A stretch of 20,000 bases of DNA from an uncultured virus (IMG/VR IMGVR_UViG_3300044641_002811) (Duplodnaviria; Heunggongvirae; Uroviricota; Caudoviricetes): IMG/VR virus record IMGVR_UViG_3300044641_002811. One strand, given 5' to 3'. The notes below the pieces were generated by a model that was given only the letters and a program-made list of their open reading frames with translations, made no database searches and was not told the DNA's origin. Made by a program: the position numbers and the translations under genes. Below, one piece after another: positions 14,097-20,000 of this stretch (the stretch's first letter is position 1; every line of letters starts with the position of its first letter).

Positions 14097-14180
14097 CTTC
14101 GGGGGTCCGGTCCACCCTTCCATTCCCCCTTATTGATGTCGGATCTGCCAAATCCATTGCAGGAGAACGGATTTGAAGGA

Positions 14181-15920
14181 TTAGACCCAAGTTGGTGTTT
14201 GTCTTCCTTTAGACCCGCCCCTGGCCTGTTTTCGTTGGTCTAACGAGAAGCCCATCACGAGGTGATCTGTAGCACTTTGAGGGTCATCAATAAATGCTTC
14301 CAGGAGGTCTTGCCAGTCTTCCATCCGACGTTGTTTGACGGTTTCATAGGCCGAGATGGACATGGCATCAGTGAAGTATTTGACGCCTTGTGCCAGACTG
14401 TCCAATCTGTCGTCATGTTTGACGGCACCCTTTTCACGACACATGCGACTCATCTGGTAGAAGAGCATGTACAGGAGTCGTTCCTCAGGTGCTGCGTCTT
14501 TATTGGAGCTGTAGTCCCATTCCACTACCGACTTGTCAATGATGAGCCGATGCTGGTTCATCACGGGTTCTAGGGCATCAATGATGCGGTCTTCCTTACG
14601 GACATTGGCACGAACTTCTTCTACGTCAATGGCCTGCTTGGTCTGTTGGAGATGCTTCTTGAACAGCTCAGCCACGATGCCATCACCGAAGTTGGTCTCA
14701 ATAAGGAGCTTAGTGACGTTGTACTTCTTACAACCTCTAAGGATATCAAGAAGGGTGTTGTCGCTGTAACCATCACGGTAAGCACGCACTTCATGGACGT
14801 ACAGGAAGCCGTTCTTCTGTGAGATGTATGTCGCTGCTGTCTCGTCAGAACCACGACCAGAGGGGTCTATCGAGCAGATGGTCTCGGTGTATGGACTCCA
14901 TTCCCCTTGGAGTTGCATCGGGGAGTAGAAGTAATCACCCGGTAGGCCAACCGTAGGCAGATCTTTGAGAACATTACGAGGGTCACTGCACCACACAGCA
15001 GCATCCGGCGCTTGAGTCGGATTAACGGAGGTAATGATGAGGTCTGAGAACTTAAGTGGGAACTTTTCTGCATCACTCAACGTAGTATCCAGCATGAACT
15101 GCAACATGAAGTTGCTACGACCCATGGCTGCTTCTCGTTCCAACAGGTCATCGGATTGGAAACGGTCAGGGTCTGTTGGAGACCACTCCTCAGCACCCAT
15201 CTCGATGTCTTCTACGATCTGTGGTGCTAGCAGATTCTCGTATTGACTGAGCTTGTCCTTACGTGGGTAGCGAGCAGGCCAAACAAATGGTCGGTAGTTA
15301 CGTTCGGCTAGCTTTCGGTAGATGGTGAAGGTAGTTTGGGGTGTCCCTAGGTACATAATGCGACTATCCTTCTTCGGTGTGAGGATGGACTCCGCTTCTG
15401 TACAGAGCTGCAAGAGCTTCTCCCGCATCATCTCCGTCATCGAGTTACCAGGCACTTCAATGTCATCGAGAATCATCAGGTCTGCACGAGAACCCGTTAG
15501 CTGACCTGTGATTCCAACTGACTTGACTGAGGGTGCTTGGTGAGGGGAGCAGTTGACATCAAAGCTAATGCGAGACCACCGAGCATCATCCGACTTCGGT
15601 CTTAGATGGCTTAGCCAAGGGGTTTCAATAATTAGCTTCTGAAGAAAGATGGACATGTTATCTGCACGCTCTTTTGAAGCGGAGATGATCATGATCTTCT
15701 TTTCTGGGTTGTTGAAGAGTGTCCACAACACAAAGGCACCAGTGATCCAGCTCTTACCAACTCCTCGAAAGGCTTGGATCTGTAGTCGTTTTGGTCCTAG
15801 TTGGAGGTAATCTGCAATGGCATACTGCGCTCTTGTCGGAGAAGGCAGATCTAGTTGTTGCCACAGTGCTTGAAGAAAGAGCTTAAAATCGCCCCGTAAA
15901 GCCTCTAAAATATCGTTCAC
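14181..15920 (-). CDS. terL: Terminase large subunit (T7 gp19-like DNA maturase B)
   Basis: Walker A QAFRGVGKS, GSRAD, Walker B MILDDIE, LGTPQ, nuclease IDPSGRGSDE, and HDDRLD. GTG start. Confidence 0.97.
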   Translation of the reverse strand: MNDILEALRGDFKLFLQALWQQLDLPSPTRAQYAIADYLQLGPKRLQIQAFRGVGKSWITGAFVLWTLFNNPEKKIMIISASKERADNMSIFLQKLIIETPWLSHLRPKSDDARWSRISFDVNCSPHQAPSVKSVGITGQLTGSRADLMILDDIEVPGNSMTEMMREKLLQLCTEAESILTPKKDSRIMYLGTPQTTFTIYRKLAERNYRPFVWPARYPRKDKLSQYENLLAPQIVEDIEMGAEEWSPTDPDRFQSDDLLEREAAMGRSNFMLQFMLDTTLSDAEKFPLKFSDLIITSVNPTQAPDAAVWCSDPRNVLKDLPTVGLPGDYFYSPMQLQGEWSPYTETICSIDPSGRGSDETAATYISQKNGFLYVHEVRAYRDGYSDNTLLDILRGCKKYNVTKLLIETNFGDGIVAELFKKHLQQTKQAIDVEEVRANVRKEDRIIDALEPVMNQHRLIIDKSVVEWDYSSNKDAAPEERLLYMLFYQMSRMCREKGAVKHDDRLDSLAQGVKYFTDAMSISAYETVKQRRMEDWQDLLEAFIDDPQSATDHLVMGFSLDQRKQARGGSKGRQTPTWV

Positions 15921-15940
15921 GGTAGATTGTACCTAAATAA

Positions 15941-15979
15941 GAAAAGAGAGGCGCTACAGACGCTTGTAGCTACCTCTCC
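15941..15979 (-). terminator. Hairpin plus T-rich tail just upstream of terL (terminator/attenuator)
   Basis: Minus strand GAGAGG-TA-GCTACA-AGCGTC-TGTAGC-G-CCTCTC-TTTTCTT. Confidence 0.5.
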
Positions 15980-15992
15980 GTGCGTTATTGAT

Positions 15993-16859
15993 TTAAGCCA
16001 TGCCTGACTGACGGCGACGACGCATCCGTTCAGCAAGAGTCATGCCTTTTTCCGACTTGTTCGGAGATGCAGGGGAAGCAGGCTTTGCAGGTTCTGCTTT
16101 ACCGCTACCGAATGCCGGACCCATGTATGGCTTACCGTTGGAAGCAACGTACTTCGACTTGTCTTCCGGTTTGGACATTTTCGGTTCAGCCTTACTACCA
16201 GAACCGGTATCACGACCCATGTCCTGACGGAAGCGATTCAGCAGGGGGTTACCAGAACCACCAACTTTGTCGCGGTACTCTTTCGAGCCTTGATAGAGAC
16301 CCTTACCGCCATCACGGTAGGTCTCACTCGATGCAGGAACTTTACCGGCGGGTTGTGGTACGGGTTTAGGAGACGGCTTAGAGGTACTGGAGCTACTACC
16401 AGAGCTGCGAGCAGGTGCAGGACTGCTGGAGCGGCTTGTAGATGGTGCTGGTGTGGGGTTAGAAGCAGGTGGGTTACCTACTCCCTTAAGGCGTTGACGT
16501 TCTTCTTCTATTTGACGATTACGTGCATCGTTGTATTTCTTACTACCTGTTGGTACAGTGTAGCGGTCCTTACCACGACCTTTATAGTCTCTGATTCCTT
16601 GACTTGATAGTGCAGGTTTAGCATCAGGTTTAGCTGTTGGCTTGGATGCCTTTGGCTTCTCTGCGTTCCGCACTTCTTTCGGTGTAAGGCGACGACCACT
16701 CCGAGCATCAACTTTGTCGGAATATGTTAAGTTATCGGTAATACCCTTGCCAATGTAACTTAACTCATTGCCAATCCGCTCTCCAGGACGGACTTCTTTT
16801 CCGGTTGCCGTGTTTATCAGAACATCACGACCGTTCCGACGTACTGTTTTGTATGCCAT
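15993..16859 (-). CDS. Basic, low-complexity (K/R/S/P/G-rich) hypothetical protein, 288 aa
   Basis: ORF track; fills the HNH-terL gap exactly; composition suggests intrinsic disorder. Confidence 0.75.
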   Translation of the reverse strand: MAYKTVRRNGRDVLINTATGKEVRPGERIGNELSYIGKGITDNLTYSDKVDARSGRRLTPKEVRNAEKPKASKPTAKPDAKPALSSQGIRDYKGRGKDRYTVPTGSKKYNDARNRQIEEERQRLKGVGNPPASNPTPAPSTSRSSSPAPARSSGSSSSTSKPSPKPVPQPAGKVPASSETYRDGGKGLYQGSKEYRDKVGGSGNPLLNRFRQDMGRDTGSGSKAEPKMSKPEDKSKYVASNGKPYMGPAFGSGKAEPAKPASPASPNKSEKGMTLAERMRRRRQSGMA

Positions 16860-16861
16860 AT

Positions 16862-17188
16862 CTAGTTAATGTGTGAAAGAATAAGGTCTTCTCTTTGGGT
16901 AATCCCAAATGTTGCTCTCATCCACGAGAGCCAATTATTGCTACCTTTTGCCTGATTACACTTCCAACAACTGGGTACGAGGTTTGAAGCAAGGTCTTCA
17001 CCTCCTTTACATTTTGGTCGTACATGATCGAGTGTAAGTTCTTGTAAGTCATAAGTTTCTCCGCAATAGACACAACGGCACTCAAAGTGCTCCTTAATAG
17101 CGCGTCTCCAAAGACGCTTTGCTTCGGGACTTGTCATTGTGATTAAGTTTTGGAGGTAGTGATCAGGCGTTGGTAGCAGTGGAGTCAT
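16862..17188 (-). CDS. HNH endonuclease
   Basis: CVYCG...TLDHVRPKCKGGED...NLVPSCWKCNQAKG. Confidence 0.9.
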   Translation of the reverse strand: MTPLLPTPDHYLQNLITMTSPEAKRLWRRAIKEHFECRCVYCGETYDLQELTLDHVRPKCKGGEDLASNLVPSCWKCNQAKGSNNWLSWMRATFGITQREDLILSHIN

Positions 17189-17436
17189 GTCGCGTACTTC
17201 TTGCCAGTACGTGGTCTACGTCGATTTGACGAAGGCTTTTCTTTTTTGCCGGTGTTGGGGCCTGTATGGGACGCATCCATACCGTCTCCATTACCGTATG
17301 TACCCAGTTCTCTGTTCAGTTTGTTTGCATTAGTGCGAATCTTGAGCCCATCAGCAGTTTTGTTGTACTCTTTCTGCTGTTTAAGTCGCTTAGCGCGTGC
17401 TTTTGGGTTCTTTTTGTAGTACTCAGAAGTTTTCAT
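17185..17436 (-). CDS. Basic hypothetical protein (83 aa), possibly a degenerate HNH-like fold
   Basis: GNGDGMDASH...SSNR motif; ATGA overlap with the HNH gene. Confidence 0.65.
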   Translation of the reverse strand: MKTSEYYKKNPKARAKRLKQQKEYNKTADGLKIRTNANKLNRELGTYGNGDGMDASHTGPNTGKKEKPSSNRRRPRTGKKYAT

Positions 17437-17438
17437 GA

Positions 17439-17693
17439 TTACCATCCAGACCCATATCTGCCTTCAAGAACTCTTTTTATCGTTCGTGGACTGATATTCT
17501 TGGTTCTTTCGGCAAACTCAAGAATCCGAGGTATGTCGGTGTCGTTCATCTTTTCCCACTCACTGCCGCCAATAAGTGGTGTTCTTGGATATCCTGGCAC
17601 CATTTTGGGAGCAACCTGAGCTGTCTTAGACTTTTCTTTCGACTGTCTAACCTTCAAGCGCTCTCGTCTTTGCTTTTCAGTTTCTTTTGCCAT
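17439..17693 (-). CDS. Hypothetical protein (84 aa)
   Basis: MAKETEKQRRERLK...; ATG 17693 overlaps the end of terS. Confidence 0.6.
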   Translation of the reverse strand: MAKETEKQRRERLKVRQSKEKSKTAQVAPKMVPGYPRTPLIGGSEWEKMNDTDIPRILEFAERTKNISPRTIKRVLEGRYGSGW

Positions 17694-17925
17694 ATAACCT
17701 CGACTGAACAAGTTCTGGGTCTACTTTTGGCATGATCGTGGCTAGTTTCTCTAGTGGATTACCGTCGTATGCGACTCCACTGATATCATTCTTGGCTAAC
17801 CAGTCACATGCAGCCTTTAATTCTTGAGCGGTGGCTTCTCCACTCTTGATTCGCTTGAGGAATTCAGTGGTAACGAGGTTATGTAACTCGTTAAACATGT
17901 CCTCAGTTGCCTTATTCTTAGCCAT
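17677..17925 (-). CDS. terS: Terminase small subunit (T7 gp18-like DNA maturase A)
   Basis: ATEDMFNELH..VT.EFL.RIKSGEATAQELKAACDWL..NDISG; located between the lysis genes and terL. Confidence 0.8.
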   Translation of the reverse strand: MAKNKATEDMFNELHNLVTTEFLKRIKSGEATAQELKAACDWLAKNDISGVAYDGNPLEKLATIMPKVDPELVQSRLYGKRN

Positions 17926-18151
17926 TTCTAAGGACGATCTGATCTAATTTGTTTTCGATGCGGATCATGTGATCCTCCATCTTCTGAAGAGCAGCAGATA
18001 GCTCTTGTTTCTGAACGTAGTTCTCAGCTACGCGAAGTTCTACCTTGTCTACACGGCTATCCACTTCACTGATCTTGGTGTGAAGACGGTTGTGGACTGA
18101 GACAATGGCAGTAAATAGAGCAATACCTGCTGCGACACTTGCTTCAATCAT
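17918..18151 (-). CDS. Putative holin-like membrane protein (N-terminal TM plus coiled coil)
   Basis: Hydrophobic N-terminus then heptad pattern; lies between the endolysin and terS. Confidence 0.55.
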   Translation of the reverse strand: MIEASVAAGIALFTAIVSVHNRLHTKISEVDSRVDKVELRVAENYVQKQELSAALQKMEDHMIRIENKLDQIVLRNG

Positions 18152-19112
18152 TTTCAGACATCAATCGAATGAGTTTCTCGGGGTAGGCTGGGTCGGTTGC
18201 ATAGCCTTCCTTTTGAAGAAGACGCGCGCAGTCTTCACGAGACACTGCTCGGTTGACGCCTTTGTAGTGTTTGTAGTCTCGATACCAACGATCTACCAGA
18301 TAGAAGACACAGGTTTGGAGATCAGGGAAGTCAATAAACCCTGCACGGATCGTGATCCATTTGCCGTTGACGAACTCTTTGGTTTCACGTTCAGTGCCTG
18401 ATCCCTTTAATCCGAATGCGTTCCATTTACCAGAAAAATGCTTCCCGTAGCCTGATTCGAGTGCCCACTGAGCAGCAACTACTTCTGGATACTTTGCTCC
18501 AGCAATCTGTGCAGCAGCTTTAACTCCCTTCCAGGTGTTCTCCACAGCAGCAATAGGTCGTGTCTGCTGCACTGGCCTGAAGGTCATGAACCAACCAGTC
18601 CCTGGACCTTCAACTTCCCAACGCTTTAGCCAGTTACGCCAGGTATACTTAACGCTCTTACCACCACGACCAACAGTTACATAGCCGCCGTTGACGTTAT
18701 CCATCTCACCGTATGGATCGTGGAAGATACCGTGTTCTCCATCGTCACCAATCAGGAGCATCCAGTGGCCACCACCAACAGGTTTGGAGACGTGACCTTT
18801 GTGGAGGATGCCAACAGCAACAGGATAGCCTGCCTTTAGTTCGTTGAGGAGTGTCTGTCTAGTTCCTTTCTGGTAGAAGGAAGCGAAAACACCGTACTGC
18901 TGACAGGCTTTGATTTGACTGGTGGATTGGGTTGTATCACCGTATTTGAGAACAGTTCTCAAGTAATCATCATCTGCATTACTACCCTTCAGAGCATCAG
19001 GACGGAGATACTTGATGGCCATCGCACATGTCGATGAGAAACACATCCGATCTCCGTGACCTGTTGCACTGTCGGTTTGGGGGTAGTACTGCTTAACGTC
19101 GAGCAGTACCAT
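18144..19112 (-). CDS. Putative endolysin: C39-like cysteine peptidase fused to a GH73-like glucosaminidase
   Basis: N-domain MCFSSTCAM (Cys), GGHW (His), HDPYG (Asp). C-domain AAQWALESGYG, NAFGLKG and YATDPAY. Confidence 0.85.
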   Translation of the reverse strand: MVLLDVKQYYPQTDSATGHGDRMCFSSTCAMAIKYLRPDALKGSNADDDYLRTVLKYGDTTQSTSQIKACQQYGVFASFYQKGTRQTLLNELKAGYPVAVGILHKGHVSKPVGGGHWMLLIGDDGEHGIFHDPYGEMDNVNGGYVTVGRGGKSVKYTWRNWLKRWEVEGPGTGWFMTFRPVQQTRPIAAVENTWKGVKAAAQIAGAKYPEVVAAQWALESGYGKHFSGKWNAFGLKGSGTERETKEFVNGKWITIRAGFIDFPDLQTCVFYLVDRWYRDYKHYKGVNRAVSREDCARLLQKEGYATDPAYPEKLIRLMSEND

Positions 19113-19117
19113 GATGT

Positions 19118-19315
19118 TTACTTAAACGTATCTTTAACACGTTGAATCTTGTCATCCTCAGTGCGGTGAGGCTTGATTGCCTCTACACCACGCAGAAGGA
19201 TCTGGACAATGCTGTTCTCTTTGAGCTTGGAAGCACCAATGATCTCAGAGCCAATAAACAGTGCAAAGAAAGCAAGTGCCTCATAGGACACTTTAATACC
19301 AAGAATAGTGATCAT
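19118..19315 (-). CDS. Small membrane protein, holin candidate (65 aa)
   Basis: Hydrophobic N-half (ALAFFALFIGSEIIG...NSIVQIL) and a charged C-tail; immediately upstream of the endolysin. Confidence 0.6.
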   Translation of the reverse strand: MITILGIKVSYEALAFFALFIGSEIIGASKLKENSIVQILLRGVEAIKPHRTEDDKIQRVKDTFK

Positions 19316-19320
19316 TGTTC

Positions 19321-19866
19321 TTAGAAGGTAAGTGTATCGTTACCAGAACCACCGAAGATCGTGTCTCCAGTAATTACAGTGCTGCTGGTAACACCGTCCA
19401 CAACAATGGTGTCATCAGCAGTAGGTGTAGATTCTTCCCAGTTATTGAACTCAGAACCAGTGACATAAGCAGCAAGCTCATCAGTGGTCTCTGTAGCGGC
19501 CAGGAAGGCTTCCTTTTCGTTACTTAGGTAGCGAATGTAGGAACGCCTCTCAAGCACGCTCTGAGGGGCTTGTAGGCCTGTCTCAGAAGCACGGGTGATA
19601 TACCAGTCAGTTTGGGAAAGAATGGATCCAGCGGTAGCTTTAACTTGAGCGGTCCACGTCTTGACAAGTTCAGTGTGGTCTTTTGGATTGCCAACACCCC
19701 AGTAGAACCTTTGGTCGTACAAAGGCTCATCTTCGGTCTCGGTAATACCAAGTGCTGCCCGTTCCTCAGGACTGGATAATCTCAGCCAGTTTGCTGGGTA
19801 CTGAGTTCCATCTTCAGTTGTAAATGCCCGATCTGGTGAAAGGGGCTTGTTGTTAAGGATAAACAT
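19321..19866 (-). CDS. Tail-fibre-associated / assembly chaperone-like protein
   Basis: QYPANWLRL...LGITE, YDQRFYWG and LSQTDWYITR resemble tail fibre assembly proteins; located before the lysis genes. Confidence 0.6.
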   Translation of the reverse strand: MFILNNKPLSPDRAFTTEDGTQYPANWLRLSSPEERAALGITETEDEPLYDQRFYWGVGNPKDHTELVKTWTAQVKATAGSILSQTDWYITRASETGLQAPQSVLERRSYIRYLSNEKEAFLAATETTDELAAYVTGSEFNNWEESTPTADDTIVVDGVTSSTVITGDTIFGGSGNDTLTF

Positions 19867-20000
19867 GATTAGTCTTGTTCTCTAGTGGGGCCGGGGTTAG
19901 TGTGCTCTCCAAAAGATCTTTTTCAGCCTTGAGTGCTGCCCTAATCTGGCAAAGCACATGCTCTTCAGCTTCAGCGTTGCCGGAGTCGATGGCGCGTAAA
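19853..20000 (-). CDS. 3' end of a hypothetical protein (truncated by the window)
   Basis: Open frame LRAIDSGNAEAEEHVLCQIRAALKAEKDLLESTLTPAPLENKTNHVYP* overlapping the next start. Confidence 0.4.
   Translation of the reverse strand, partial: LRAIDSGNAEAEEHVLCQIRAALKAEKDLLESTLTPAPLENKTNHVYP

Noticed and set aside
13973..14190. ORFs in the terL-thyX spacer
   Set aside because: Short, present on both strands, and crossing strong hairpins; better explained as non-coding.
1..20000. CRISPR array, intron/intein, photosynthesis genes (psbA, hli), HIP1 (GCGATCGC) enrichment
   Set aside because: No regularly spaced repeats. RNAP, primase, TerL and ThyX have normal lengths, and the polymerase break has no intervening sequence. 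No such genes or octamers were noticed by eye.

Overview
Part of a T7-like (Autographiviridae-type) cyanopodovirus genome, almost all on the minus strand. The window appears to cross the junction of a circularised genome at about 12.5-12.65 kb. Reading the minus strand from 20000 down: tail-associated protein, holin-like proteins, a two-domain endolysin, small terminase, HNH, large terminase, thyX, and a lone plus-strand ribbon-helix-helix gene. After the presumed terminus come small early genes, a MarR-like regulator, a tyrosine integrase, a putative attP (5' half of tRNA-Leu(CAA)), single-subunit RNA polymerase, an inserted P63C-like protein, SSB, endonuclease I, primase-helicase, a DNA polymerase split into two overlapping ORFs, and the start of the exonuclease. 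The most notable unexplained signals are: (1) a strand-specific motif TRTCCRC-N4-GTA with 8 exact copies, all upstream of early/replication genes; (2) repeated T7-TE-like hairpin+TTTCTG elements between early genes; (3) a 5'-half-tRNA attP placed so that integration would separate the RNAP gene from the early promoters; (4) the split polymerase. All calls were made by eye, with no database searches.
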